Positions 18,931 through 28,310 are shown, counted from the first letter of the stretch. The stretch: 64,000 nt of DNA from Patescibacteria group bacterium (GCA_016861085.1 BOKR01000001.1:896153-960152), one strand, 5' to 3'. Notes: generated by a model not told the origin, from the letters alone. Made by a program: numbers and translations.

Positions 18931-19659
18931 TTACTTACTTAATAACGATTCTACAGTCGCTTGCAACTGAGGGGCAGATGTTTTAATTCCGTTGACATAA
19001 AAAGTTGGTGTAGCGTTCACCCCAAGCTGAGTGCCTGCGGAGACGTCTAGGTTAACTAGGTCTGCAAGAGAATTATCTTCCATTTTCTCTAAGAATTGAG
19101 ATCTGTCAAGGCCTAAGTCTGCTGCATACGTAGCAAATGTGTCTTTTAGTTCTTGGCGATCGATTGTGTCTGACCACTTTTGTTGCTCTGCGAACAACCG
19201 GTCATGCATTGGCCAGAACTTAGCTGCGTCTAGGCTTGAAGCGGCCTCTGCTGCAATCGCAGCCAAACGAGCATTTGGGTGAATCGAGTCGAGTGGAAAA
19301 TGTCTGTATATAATTTGAATTTTGCCAGGATATGCACGTTTTACATTTTCAACTGCAGGCTGAGCAGCTCTACAGGCAGGACACTGGAAGTCTGAAAATT
19401 CGACTATTGTGATGAGCTCTTGGTTTTCTTGAGTGGAAGCACTTTCAGTTGAGGTCTGGGCACTTGGGGTTGCGTCTGCTGAAACTAAATCTGCTGCGAC
19501 TGTATAGACATGGCGCGCATCGCCTATAGCGAGAGTTTGGTCCACAATTTGTTGGCCTTGATCGGTAGTTTGTGAGCTACTGGATGAAAAAAATGCGACC
19601 GCAATTATTAAAATGAGTGTGCCAACTATCGTGCCAATTAAGAGTGGGAGGTTTTTCAT
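18931..19659 (-). CDS. DsbA-like thiol:disulfide oxidoreductase (thioredoxin fold), membrane-anchored
   Basis: N-terminal TM, CPAC active-site motif (FSDFQCPACRAAQP), and a length and fold consistent with DsbA/BdbD. Confidence 0.75.
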   Translation of the reverse strand: MKNLPLLIGTIVGTLILIIAVAFFSSSSSQTTDQGQQIVDQTLAIGDARHVYTVAADLVSADATPSAQTSTESASTQENQELITIVEFSDFQCPACRAAQPAVENVKRAYPGKIQIIYRHFPLDSIHPNARLAAIAAEAASSLDAAKFWPMHDRLFAEQQKWSDTIDRQELKDTFATYAADLGLDRSQFLEKMEDNSLADLVNLDVSAGTQLGVNATPTFYVNGIKTSAPQLQATVESLLSK

Positions 19660-19772
19660 AGTGTGCTCCTAGGTGTAATTTGTACCCAACATTTTATGCA
19701 GGGTTCTAGCATACCATATTTTATTCTGATGCCAAGGTTGTATTACGGGGGGTAGTAGGAAAATTTCAACTT

Positions 19773-20588
19773 TCACCTAAAATAGAGATCTATTAAAGTC
19801 TTTAGAGAAAATCCCGTAGGAATATACATTGCTTTTAAAACATCAGGTGGAATACTTGGACTTGGCCTTGATCCTGTCTTAAGTGATTCTTGATAAATTC
19901 TTTTAAAGTAGATGGCTTTCTGAGGAATAAATTTTGCAAGCAATAACAAACAGTTTCTTGCAACCGTCATTTCTTGATAACTATTCTCATATACATCTGA
20001 AAAGATAACCCCCTTCTTTTTACGAGTGTTAATGTACCTTTGATTAACCGCTGCGTCATTCTCTATTGTTTTAGCCATACAAAATAGCTTTGCATGATAC
20101 AACTCTTCAGTTAACATCCAAAGTAAAAACTCGCGAGTAGAATCCATTCTACAAGACAAGTTGCCAGAATATGGAATCCGTGGGCTTGACTGCTTAGCAG
20201 TAGTCTTTCTCTTTTGTTGATTTTCTAGCTGCATGTTGAATGCTTTTCTCGAACGATTAATTATTATCGTACATCTTGATAATTGGTGAATACCATTTGC
20301 TAAAATGTCAAAATGTGGAAATGCAGTCGCTATAGCAACTTGTCCCGTTGGTTTTGGTTTACAATCAGCGAACACCACAGATATTTTCTTCGCCTGTTCA
20401 TTGGTAATCCCAATTTCTATCGCAATCTGAGCTACTAAATCTACTAATGATTTTCTGTCATAACCTATCCAAAAATCCTTTGGATTTGCCCAATCAAACT
20501 GGATTTGACGAGTCAATATCTGAGCAACTTCTTTTTGAGCCTCTTTTTTATTTTTTGTGATTTCCTCTAGGTGAGATCCCTTCAGCAT
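19773..20588 (-). CDS. Hypothetical protein, tandem paralog B of unknown family
   Basis: Shares blocks with the upstream ORF: I/VVFAD, EEL-x-H-x-KL...MAKT, and YE(N/D)SYQEMTVAR-x-CL...Y(F/Y)(K/R)(R/K)(I/V)Y(Q/E).S(L/V)K.G.RP.P. No match to a family I recognise. Confidence 0.5.
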   Translation of the reverse strand: MLKGSHLEEITKNKKEAQKEVAQILTRQIQFDWANPKDFWIGYDRKSLVDLVAQIAIEIGITNEQAKKISVVFADCKPKPTGQVAIATAFPHFDILANGIHQLSRCTIIINRSRKAFNMQLENQQKRKTTAKQSSPRIPYSGNLSCRMDSTREFLLWMLTEELYHAKLFCMAKTIENDAAVNQRYINTRKKKGVIFSDVYENSYQEMTVARNCLLLLAKFIPQKAIYFKRIYQESLKTGSRPSPSIPPDVLKAMYIPTGFSLKTLIDLYFR

Positions 20589-20591
20589 AAT

Positions 20592-21314
20592 CTATTCATT
20601 ATAACCAGTATTCACAAATGTGCTAGATTTTGCTTGATCAGTTACATATGGAATTGGACGATTCCCACGCTTCACAGAATATTCATAGACTTTCCTATAA
20701 TAAGCAGCATTTTCAGGAACCAACTTCATTAACACTCGTAAACATTGCCGTGCAACTGTCATTTCTTGATAAGAATCCTCATATAAACATTCAGATATCT
20801 GTCTTTTTTTTCTACGAATTTCTTGGTATCTACTGTTTCTTGTTCTGTCATTTTGCCTTGTTTTTGCCATATATACTAACTTTGAATGAGCGAGTTCCTC
20901 CGCAAGTATCCAAATAACACACTCTAGCGGAGTTTCTAAAACACAGACTAATGATTCTTCTTCAATACCCTTTTGTGAGTGGCTCTTTTGGCCATACGAT
21001 TCTTGAACACCAATTCTTGATTTAAAAACTTCCATTGATCTATTAACTATAATTGCTAGTGACTCTACATATTTTAGAGTTTTGGTGTATTTTGCAAGAA
21101 GTACTGCTACTTTAACATCTCCTTTACCTGATGCCTCATGATCTGCAAAAACGATTCTTAATAACTCTGCATTCTCATTTGTAATTCCTAGTAGAAGAGC
21201 TATGTTTTGAACTAATTCTAATATTTGTCTTTGTGAAAAACCTGCCCAACTATCTTTTGGTTTTGCTTGCCAAAAAAAAACAGTCCGTTCAGCTATCAAA
21301 TCGGGTACTAACAA
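20592..21314 (-). CDS. Hypothetical protein, tandem paralog A of unknown family
   Basis: See the 19773-20588 ORF. The two genes are separated by 3 nt, are collinear, and have the same motif order. Confidence 0.5.
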   Translation of the reverse strand: MLVPDLIAERTVFFWQAKPKDSWAGFSQRQILELVQNIALLLGITNENAELLRIVFADHEASGKGDVKVAVLLAKYTKTLKYVESLAIIVNRSMEVFKSRIGVQESYGQKSHSQKGIEEESLVCVLETPLECVIWILAEELAHSKLVYMAKTRQNDRTRNSRYQEIRRKKRQISECLYEDSYQEMTVARQCLRVLMKLVPENAAYYRKVYEYSVKRGNRPIPYVTDQAKSSTFVNTGYNE

Positions 21315-21490
21315 CTGGGAGAGTTCTTTTCTTCTTGTATGAATTGTAATTTAGAAGGGAATGCTTCTTTGTTGATCGGAGAAATAGATCTTTTCATGGT
21401 ATTATTTTGATACAGTAATTAAAACCTGACAGAGTTTACCTTAGATTAGCAGAAATGCAAGCTAAAATTGTTTTATTTCCTTTAGGAGGG

Positions 21491-21519
21491 TTGACTTTAA
21501 TTAATATTAAACCTATAAT
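21491..21519 (+). promoter_or_regulatory. Consensus sigma70-type promoter TTGACT-N17-TATAAT
   Basis: ttgact (21491-96), a 17-nt spacer, then tataat (21514-19). It overlaps an 8-bp inverted repeat ggttgact/agtcaacc and lies ~300 nt upstream of the 21828 CDS. Confidence 0.4.
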
Positions 21520-21827
21520 AGTCAACCTTGAGATTTAGTTAAATAAATCTAGTTCTTTAACAAACGAATAACGATTTGTGGGAAGGAACAAGCGGGTATT
21601 TTTTTTGCCTATTTTAGGATTTTTACCCCTTTGCTCCTTTCCACAAAAGAATCTTCACCTAGTTATTAGGTGGAAAGGATTATGACCAGCATGTTGTGCA
21701 AATTTGCATCACGATGTTGGCAAAGGTGATTGCCTATACGTTTCAGAAAAAAAACAAAAAAAGCAGAAATGAAATCGCACAGATTAAACTCCTTTAGTTC
21801 AATAATTTGACCATCTACTCGATATAG

Positions 21828-22373
21828 GTGGTCACAAACACGATAAAGATGCGTAAAAACAAGTGGCTACTCGTGAAAATTCTAGCGATCTTGGTGGGTT
21901 TGGCAATACTGCTTTGCTTAACTACACCTTCGACCAGTGCCCAGGGTGCATCTCAATGTGTCCATGCCCCAAACTGCGTCGAACTGCCAGGACAACAGAC
22001 TGGCACCTACACTGCGGCGAATACCGTCATTCAATTTACCATCAAAGCAGGACAGAACCGCTTTGATTTTGACCCGTCCCAGGGTCTAACCTTTGATGAT
22101 GGGTGTTACCGCGGGAGTTTCTCCACAAGCGAAGGCGGTCAGCCTAACAACACTGTGGCCTGGGAACGCTACGGCGAACCCGGACCTGGATGTCAAGAAA
22201 TCAGCCATTTGGAGGTCTGGTATTACCAAGCCCCCACGGCCGTGACACTGAAAACCTTCACCACAACCGATTCCTACTCCCCGCCCTACTGGTTGCTGGG
22301 TGTAGCCATTGTCCTCTTGATCATCGGTATTGCTTTACGTCGCCGCTGGATCAAAAAGGGTTGGCTGAAGTAA
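21828..22373 (+). CDS. Horizontally acquired (GC-rich) secreted, C-terminally TM-anchored Cys-containing protein
   Basis: 181 aa with a signal peptide (…LAILLCLTTPSTSAQGA), four Cys and a C-terminal TM helix plus an RRRWIKKGWLK tail. GC is ~53% and codon usage (CGC, CTG, GCC) is unlike the flanks. Confidence 0.55.
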   Translation: MVTNTIKMRKNKWLLVKILAILVGLAILLCLTTPSTSAQGASQCVHAPNCVELPGQQTGTYTAANTVIQFTIKAGQNRFDFDPSQGLTFDDGCYRGSFSTSEGGQPNNTVAWERYGEPGPGCQEISHLEVWYYQAPTAVTLKTFTTTDSYSPPYWLLGVAIVLLIIGIALRRRWIKKGWLK

Positions 22374-22446
22374 TTCGTTATTTGTTTACTCACACATAAC
22401 TGCCTCCGGGGTGTAACCCCAAAAGGCGGCTATGAGTGATACTATC

Positions 22447-22477
22447 AAGAAGCGTGTTGAAAAACACGCTTCTTTTG
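22447..22477 (+). terminator. Rho-independent terminator
   Basis: A perfect 11-bp stem agaagcgtgtt/aacacgcttct with a gaaaa loop, followed by TTTT, immediately after the 21828-22373 CDS. Confidence 0.6.
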
Positions 22478-22503
22478 CATCTCAATCTAAAAAATGGAAA
22501 CTA

Positions 22504-22800
22504 TTATTTTGGCCAAACTTGCTCACCAGTTTCGGTATCAATGACAGTAATTGCATTGGTTGGGCAACTCTGAGCAGCCAAAAGTTTTTCTGCGTCAGTA
22601 TTTCCATCCTGGCTGATAACTACTGCAATATTCTGTTCATCAAGCTTAAACACATTAGATGCAAGTGCCTCACAGGAACCAGCCCCAATGCATTTTTCTC
22701 TTGTCACAGAGACTTTATACTTTCCCACTTGTTTTGTCTGAGTCTTGCCATCTGCACTTACTTGCACATCATTCATATATTTGCCTTTCTTCTGCTTCAT
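22504..22800 (-). CDS. Small ferredoxin (single [Fe-S] cluster, CxxAxxC…CP type)
   Basis: KVSVTREKCIGAGSCEALASNVF...AAQSCPTNAI resembles Pyrococcus/Thermotoga-type single-cluster ferredoxins. The start may instead be at MNDVQV (22776). Confidence 0.65.
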   Translation of the reverse strand: MKQKKGKYMNDVQVSADGKTQTKQVGKYKVSVTREKCIGAGSCEALASNVFKLDEQNIAVVISQDGNTDAEKLLAAQSCPTNAITVIDTETGEQVWPK

Positions 22801-22806
22801 ATGCTA

Positions 22807-23517
22807 CTAAAAAAATTTCTCAAAATGGATATTCTCTATTACCACACCCTTTTGAGGTAATAGTGTATTTACCTCTTCTATCATCTTGGCGTTTCCACAT
22901 AAGTAGTAGGCAGCATTTACTGGGACTTCGTGCATACTCAAACAGTCAGTAACTCTACCACGACAAAGCGGCCACTCTTCGACCGCTTTAGAAATCACCG
23001 GATGAAACTTAAAGTTAGCAAAACTCTCTGCCAAATCCTGCCATTCATCAAGCCAAAACAGCTCTTCAACATAGCGCATACCCCAATACAAGGTCATGGG
23101 TCGTCGTTCGGTACCTTCCTGAAGCAAAGACATAATCATTGACCGAAACGGAGCAATACCTGAACCAGTTGCCACAAATACCAACTCTTCCTCAGTGCCA
23201 CCAGCCTGAAAAATAAATCTACCCATAGGACCAAGCAAATCAACTTCCTGGCCAATCTGTAAATTCTGCAAAAATTGCGAACCAACTCCCCCTGGAGAAA
23301 TATCCACTAAAATATCAAATGCATCTTTATTTTCAGGTTTACTGCAAATTGAGTAACTGCGTCTATCTCCAGTTGCATCAACAACAATAGAAACATATTG
23401 GCCGGGATCAAAAACTAAAGTATGTGGATGAGTCAACACAAAAGAATATTGAATAAATTTCTCATTAAATGCCAATCTGTCAGCCAACTTGGCCTTCATT
23501 TGTTGTGGAGGGTTCAT
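22807..23517 (-). CDS. Ferredoxin-NAD(P)+ reductase-like FAD/NAD(P)-binding oxidoreductase
   Basis: RSYSICS (RxYS FAD motif), GGVGSQFL, and VFVATGSGIAPF / LYWGMR NAD(P)-binding motifs. Confidence 0.8.
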   Translation of the reverse strand: MNPPQQMKAKLADRLAFNEKFIQYSFVLTHPHTLVFDPGQYVSIVVDATGDRRSYSICSKPENKDAFDILVDISPGGVGSQFLQNLQIGQEVDLLGPMGRFIFQAGGTEEELVFVATGSGIAPFRSMIMSLLQEGTERRPMTLYWGMRYVEELFWLDEWQDLAESFANFKFHPVISKAVEEWPLCRGRVTDCLSMHEVPVNAAYYLCGNAKMIEEVNTLLPQKGVVIENIHFEKFF

Positions 23518-23530
23518 GTTGTCCTTGTCT

Positions 23531-24142
23531 TTATTCTTTGTAATTATAATCTTTTAGCCAATCTCTGCCATACCACAATCCAATTGCTAGCTTAGCTAAA
23601 GCCTGGTATTCTTCTGTTCTATCTACGAAGCCTTTTGTAGTAATTCCGATCATCCCCTGTTTCTTACGCACATCAGATTCTCCTACAACACTAGAAATAA
23701 TAGGACCCATTTCACCACCAGCTCTGATTTGCTCAGCAACAATATCAGGAACTTTAAATCGAGCACCATTGGCAAATTCCATTAAACCATTTTTGTCTAC
23801 AACTACAGCCCAAACTGTGGACCACATTTGACCTTCTGGGTCTTCAAAAACACCCCCCTCAAGGCCAACACCTAAAACTTCTTCTGGATCAAACTCAAAC
23901 CCATCAACTTCATACTTTGCCAAGCCATCATACAAAGTAGCTTGAGCCCTATTCATGGCTCCCTGTTTTGTTTCTTGGTCACCCATGGGCTGTTCGTTAA
24001 TGCCACTAGGCACATCAAAACCTTCAACAATGGCATCCGGCCAAGTTTCACTTACAGCACCAACTACGGAGTTAATCTTCACAGGGTTATGTGATCCAAC
24101 AAAAATATGCATAACATCATTGAGTGTAACAAATTGAATCAA
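23531..24142 (-). CDS. Non-canonical purine NTP phosphatase (inosine/xanthosine triphosphatase, YjjX/DUF84 family)
   Basis: N-terminal VGSHNPVKI and the overall Maf/Ham1-like pattern, at ~200 aa. Confidence 0.6.
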   Translation of the reverse strand: MIQFVTLNDVMHIFVGSHNPVKINSVVGAVSETWPDAIVEGFDVPSGINEQPMGDQETKQGAMNRAQATLYDGLAKYEVDGFEFDPEEVLGVGLEGGVFEDPEGQMWSTVWAVVVDKNGLMEFANGARFKVPDIVAEQIRAGGEMGPIISSVVGESDVRKKQGMIGITTKGFVDRTEEYQALAKLAIGLWYGRDWLKDYNYKE

Positions 24143-24151
24143 GATTGGGAA

Positions 24152-24517
24152 TTACAAAATCTTTTTAACTGCACTCAATCCCAATAACAAACACTTCACC
24201 CTACCCATAGAAATTTGGGGAAGACCAAGTTCTTCAAGAATTTGTTCTTTTGTTAATTCTTGCAATTTCGATGTGTCATATCCTTTGATTTTTTCAGAAA
24301 GAACACTCATAGCGGCTTGAGAAATAATACAGCCATGACCTTTCCATTTCACTTCTTCGATCTTTGTTTTATCCGCACTCAACTTAATTGCAACGGTGAT
24401 AACGTCACCACAGCTGGCATTAAACTGTGTTGTGGTCACATCGGCACCTACAAGGTCACCATAGTTGTTGGGGTTCTTTGCTTCATCAAGCAAATCCTCA
24501 TGATACATGTCGTACAT
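24152..24517 (-). CDS. sufU: SUF-system Fe-S cluster assembly scaffold/sulfur acceptor SufU (NifU-like)
   Basis: HYGDL...NASCGD...GHGCIISQA conserved Cys motifs. The start is probably the internal Met just after the sufS stop. Confidence 0.8.
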   Translation of the reverse strand: MYDMYHEDLLDEAKNPNNYGDLVGADVTTTQFNASCGDVITVAIKLSADKTKIEEVKWKGHGCIISQAAMSVLSEKIKGYDTSKLQELTKEQILEELGLPQISMGRVKCLLLGLSAVKKIL

Positions 24518-24518
24518 A

Positions 24519-25814
24519 TTACAATAAAACTTCCCGTACTTTTTTAAGTGCCAATACCAAAGCATCTACATCTTCTTTTGAGTTGTACACCTGAAAACTT
24601 GCCCGTGTTGTTGCAATCCAATGTTGTGAAGTGTGCAGCGGCATGGTGCAGTGGTGACCAGACCGTACAGCGATTCCTTGACTATCTAAAACTTGGGCAA
24701 CGTCGTGAGCGTGGACTCCTTTATATAAAAATGAAACAGAGCCAACTCTCTCTGGGTTTTTAATGTCGCTATTTAACAGGGAATTGCTTTCAAAGTTTGG
24801 CCCAACTAGTATCACATTCTCAATTTTTGCAAGTTCTTGCACAGCGTAGTTAACTAAAGATATGTCATGTTCAAGTACAGCCTGCATTCCCAAGTTTTCT
24901 AAATATTCACAAGCTGCTGCTAGCCCGACGACAGAGGCAACATCTGGAGTTCCTGCCACAAATCGCTCATTGATATCATCATGAAATACTGTGTGAGATT
25001 CATGTACTTCTGCAATCATCCCTCCACCAAAAAACCAAGGTTGCATTTCGTTCGTTTTGAGAAGTTCCTCACGAACCAAAAGTCCACCTATACCCATTGG
25101 ACCAAGCATTTTATGTCCGGAAAACGCCAAAAAATCGATTCCTATTTTGGTAAAAGTAATTGGTATATGTGGTGCAGATTGTGCACCATCAACCAAAATT
25201 CTAGTTTGTGAATTAGCACGCTTCACCAATTCCACCACTTTTGTAACCGGAACAACAGTTCCTAATGCATTTGAGACATGTGGTAGAGCTACTAATTTTA
25301 CTTTTTCACCAAATTGCTCTAACTTTTTTTCTAAATCAATCAAATCCAAAGTACCAGAGTCAGTAACTCCGACAAAGATAAGTTGTGCAGATTTTCTTTT
25401 TGCAAGTTCCTGCCAAACAACAATATTTGAATGGTGATCCATGACCGTAACTAAAATCACGTCTCCGGCAACTAGATTATGCTCACCCCACCCGTATGCA
25501 ACGCCATTAATTGCTTCTGTGGTATTGCGCACAAAAATAAGTTCTTGTTTTTTTGCTCCAAAAAAGTGAGCAATTTTTGTTTTCCCATTTTCAAATAAAT
25601 GAGTGCTCTCATCTGAAAGTGTATGTACTCCACGGTGCACGTTGGCTACATGATTCATGTAGTATTCTGTGATCGCAGTAATTACAGTTTGAGGTTTTTG
25701 GCTAGTTGCGGAATTATCTAGATAGACCAAACCTTTCCCGTTCATTTGACGAGATAAAATTGGAAAATCCAATTTGATTTTGGATGTATCTAACATATCT
25801 GTATATTGTAACAC
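24519..25814 (-). CDS. sufS: Cysteine desulfurase SufS (class V aminotransferase)
   Basis: YLDNSATSQKP, the SGHKMLGPMGIGGL PLP-Lys motif and an RSGHHC active-site Cys loop. Confidence 0.9.
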   Translation of the reverse strand: MLQYTDMLDTSKIKLDFPILSRQMNGKGLVYLDNSATSQKPQTVITAITEYYMNHVANVHRGVHTLSDESTHLFENGKTKIAHFFGAKKQELIFVRNTTEAINGVAYGWGEHNLVAGDVILVTVMDHHSNIVVWQELAKRKSAQLIFVGVTDSGTLDLIDLEKKLEQFGEKVKLVALPHVSNALGTVVPVTKVVELVKRANSQTRILVDGAQSAPHIPITFTKIGIDFLAFSGHKMLGPMGIGGLLVREELLKTNEMQPWFFGGGMIAEVHESHTVFHDDINERFVAGTPDVASVVGLAAACEYLENLGMQAVLEHDISLVNYAVQELAKIENVILVGPNFESNSLLNSDIKNPERVGSVSFLYKGVHAHDVAQVLDSQGIAVRSGHHCTMPLHTSQHWIATTRASFQVYNSKEDVDALVLALKKVREVLL

Positions 25815-25819
25815 TTGGC

Positions 25820-26383
25820 TTATATTTTCAGAAAACCATCAATAATCAAATCTTCTGCCTGTTTTTTTGGTAACCCGCGAGACATTAAATAGAAAAGTTG
25901 TGGCTCAGGAATTTGTGTTATTGAAGCAGCATGTGAACATTTAACATCGTCTGTAAGAATTTCTAATTCAGGAACAGCCTCAGCAGAAGCTTGATCTGAA
26001 AGTAACAAAACTCGTTCCGTCAAAAAAGAATTACTCTCACCACAACCTTCGGCAATTATAATCCGGCCAAGAAATCTTATTTTTGATTGGTCACGTGCAA
26101 CACCTCTCAGCGTAGTATTTGCAACTGTGTTTTTAGCTTTGTGATGTATTGTTACGTTTACAGCAACTTCTTCATTACTTTCAGTTAAAAAGGCACCGAC
26201 AATTTCAACTTCAGCGCCCTGCCCAATAAGCTCAACAATATAATCACCCTGTTGAGTGATTTTTATTGTTTTCTTTTCGTTTTTCAAAATTTTATATTTT
26301 TTCATATTGGGTGATGTAAATTGCAAATGTATTCGTGAATTATGCTTCTTGAAGTAAAACGTAATTGATGAATACATTTGCAA
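25820..26383 (-). CDS. sufD: Short SufD-like protein (SufB/D C-terminal beta-helix fragment)
   Basis: C-terminal ...ITQIPEPQLFYLMSRGLPKKQAEDLIIDGFL mirrors the SufB C-terminus (DDQLFYLMSRGVDEEQARKLIVNGF). Only 187 aa. Confidence 0.6.
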   Translation of the reverse strand: MQMYSSITFYFKKHNSRIHLQFTSPNMKKYKILKNEKKTIKITQQGDYIVELIGQGAEVEIVGAFLTESNEEVAVNVTIHHKAKNTVANTTLRGVARDQSKIRFLGRIIIAEGCGESNSFLTERVLLLSDQASAEAVPELEILTDDVKCSHAASITQIPEPQLFYLMSRGLPKKQAEDLIIDGFLKI

Positions 26384-26392
26384 GTATTTTAT

Positions 26393-27820
26393 TTATCCAA
26401 TACTTCCCTCCATCTCATGATCAATCAACCGATTCATTTCAACCGCATATTCAAGTGGCAGTTTTCGCACCAAGTCATCAATAAAACCATTCACAATTAA
26501 TTTCCGCGCCTGTTCTTCATCAACTCCCCGAGACATCAAGTAAAATAATTGATCATCGCCAATTTTAGAAACAGTTGCTTCATGCTGGATCTCAACTTGT
26601 TTGTTATAAATTTTATCGATTGGGTATGTATCAGAACGAGAATCTCCATCTAGTAGCAACGCGTCGCAAATAACCGTATTTTTACTGTGGTGAGCTTTAG
26701 GACCAACATTTATCAATCCTCTATAACTGGTTCTCCCACCACTCTTACTAATTGATTTAGCAACTATGGTTGAACTCGTGTAAGGTGCCAAATGAATTGC
26801 TTTTGAACCAGTATCTTGGTGTTGCCCAGCTCCAGCCATCGCCATAGAAAGTGCCTCTCCCTTGGCACCCTTCCCAGCAAGCACAAACCCAGGATACTTC
26901 ATGGTTAGTTTTGAACCCATGTTGAAATCGGTCCAAATCATTTCAGCTTCTGCTTCTACATACGCACGCTTGGTAACTAAGTTATAAATATTTTTATACC
27001 AATTTTGTACTGTAGTATATTGGCAGCGAGCACCACGTTTTACATAAATTTCAACAACTGCAGCATGTAAAGATCCGGACGAAAAACTTGGAGCAGTACA
27101 GCCCTCGATATAGTGAACACTTGCCCCTTCATCAACAATAATTAACGTTCTTTCAAACTGTCCAGCGTTGGCAGCATTGATTCTAAAATACGTTTGCAAT
27201 GGCATTTTCACATGGACACCTTTGGGGATATATACAAAAGAACCACCAGACCAAGTAGCAGTGTTTAATGCCGAAAACTTGTTATCTCCAAACGGGATAA
27301 CTTTGCTGAAATATTCTCTTACTAATTCTGGGTACTGTTGCAGTCCCTCATCCATAGACAAAAAGATAACCCCATCTTTTGCCCATACGTTTTTGAGCGA
27401 GCCATACACAACTTCAGAATCGTACTGTGCTTTCACACCAGCTAGAACATCACGCTCAGCTTGTGGAATTCCGAGACGATCAAATGTTTCTTTCACTTCT
27501 TTGGGAACGTCGTCCCATGTTTTGCCTGCTTGATCGGTCGGCCGTAAGTAATAGCGAATTTCATCATAATTAATTTGTGACAAATCACCACCCCAAGCTG
27601 GAGTTGGTTTTGCTCTAAAAGCCTGGTAAGCCTCTAGCCTCAATCTTAGCATCCATTCTGGCTCTTGTTTGATCGCAGAAATCTCTTTCACTGTTTCTTC
27701 AGTTAGGCCCGGTTTCAAAATGTGAGCGTATCCTTCTGTTGGGTATGAAAAACCGTACTCATAAGAATCAATCTCAGTACTTTCAAAAGCGCTGGTTTTT
27801 TTTTGTGCAAACCTTGACAT
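26393..27820 (-). CDS. sufB: Fe-S cluster assembly protein SufB
   Basis: 475 aa with conserved SufB blocks (YIEGCTAPS, GAGQHQDTGSKAIH, FYLMSRG). Confidence 0.9.
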   Translation of the reverse strand: MSRFAQKKTSAFESTEIDSYEYGFSYPTEGYAHILKPGLTEETVKEISAIKQEPEWMLRLRLEAYQAFRAKPTPAWGGDLSQINYDEIRYYLRPTDQAGKTWDDVPKEVKETFDRLGIPQAERDVLAGVKAQYDSEVVYGSLKNVWAKDGVIFLSMDEGLQQYPELVREYFSKVIPFGDNKFSALNTATWSGGSFVYIPKGVHVKMPLQTYFRINAANAGQFERTLIIVDEGASVHYIEGCTAPSFSSGSLHAAVVEIYVKRGARCQYTTVQNWYKNIYNLVTKRAYVEAEAEMIWTDFNMGSKLTMKYPGFVLAGKGAKGEALSMAMAGAGQHQDTGSKAIHLAPYTSSTIVAKSISKSGGRTSYRGLINVGPKAHHSKNTVICDALLLDGDSRSDTYPIDKIYNKQVEIQHEATVSKIGDDQLFYLMSRGVDEEQARKLIVNGFIDDLVRKLPLEYAVEMNRLIDHEMEGSIG

Positions 27821-27836
27821 ATTACTAACTTAAAAT

Positions 27837-28310
27837 CTAAAATGCACCTCGAATAATATCTTTTACAAAATCACCCTTTTTACCACCAAAATCAAACTGG
27901 TGTATTTCATCTGCCGCAATCCATTTGTGGTCAATATGTTCATCACTCAGTTTTACTTGAGTCCGATCAAAATCTCCTGGCAACTCAACTCTCCAACCGA
28001 CAATTATCGAATACAGTTTTTTTTCAGCTTCAAAAAAAGTTCTAAACAGTGTCATATTCTCAAAGGTGAAATGCTGATCAAAAACGGTTAGACCGGTCTC
28101 CTCTTTTATTTCTCTGGCAATATCGGTTTGATGCATGTTTTCAAGATTCTCTGTAGCACTTTCTGGCCATTCAGAATTCCCCCCCGGCAGATCCCAACAC
28201 AAAGGCCTCGACTTTGAACTTTCATCCCTTTGCAGAATTAAAACTTTTCCGTTATGCAACAACACTGCTTTTTGTAACAATTTAACATTTTGAGTTAACT
28301 GATGTTTCAT
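27837..28310 (-). CDS. NUDIX hydrolase (embedded in the suf operon)
   Basis: NUDIX box GGNSEWPESATENLENMHQTDIAREIKEETGL (G-x5-E-x7-REUxEExGU). Confidence 0.75.
   Translation of the reverse strand: MKHQLTQNVKLLQKAVLLHNGKVLILQRDESSKSRPLCWDLPGGNSEWPESATENLENMHQTDIAREIKEETGLTVFDQHFTFENMTLFRTFFEAEKKLYSIIVGWRVELPGDFDRTQVKLSDEHIDHKWIAADEIHQFDFGGKKGDFVKDIIRGAF

Noticed and set aside
20592-21314. Zinc-metalloprotease (HEXXH) interpretation of the EEL-x-H motif in the tandem paralogs
   Set aside because: The motif is E-E-L-x-H, not H-E-x-x-H, and there is no third ligand pattern. Support is insufficient.
21863-22399. Alternative-frame ORFs (21863-22066, 22190-22399) within the GC-rich gene
   Set aside because: High GC inflates ORF length in all frames. 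The frame starting at 21828 has the signal peptide and TM anchor and is the coherent one.
22432-22860. 142-aa + strand ORF overlapping the ferredoxin gene
   Set aside because: It is antisense to a conserved ferredoxin with clear motifs. The ORF is Cys/Leu-rich low complexity and spans a terminator hairpin.
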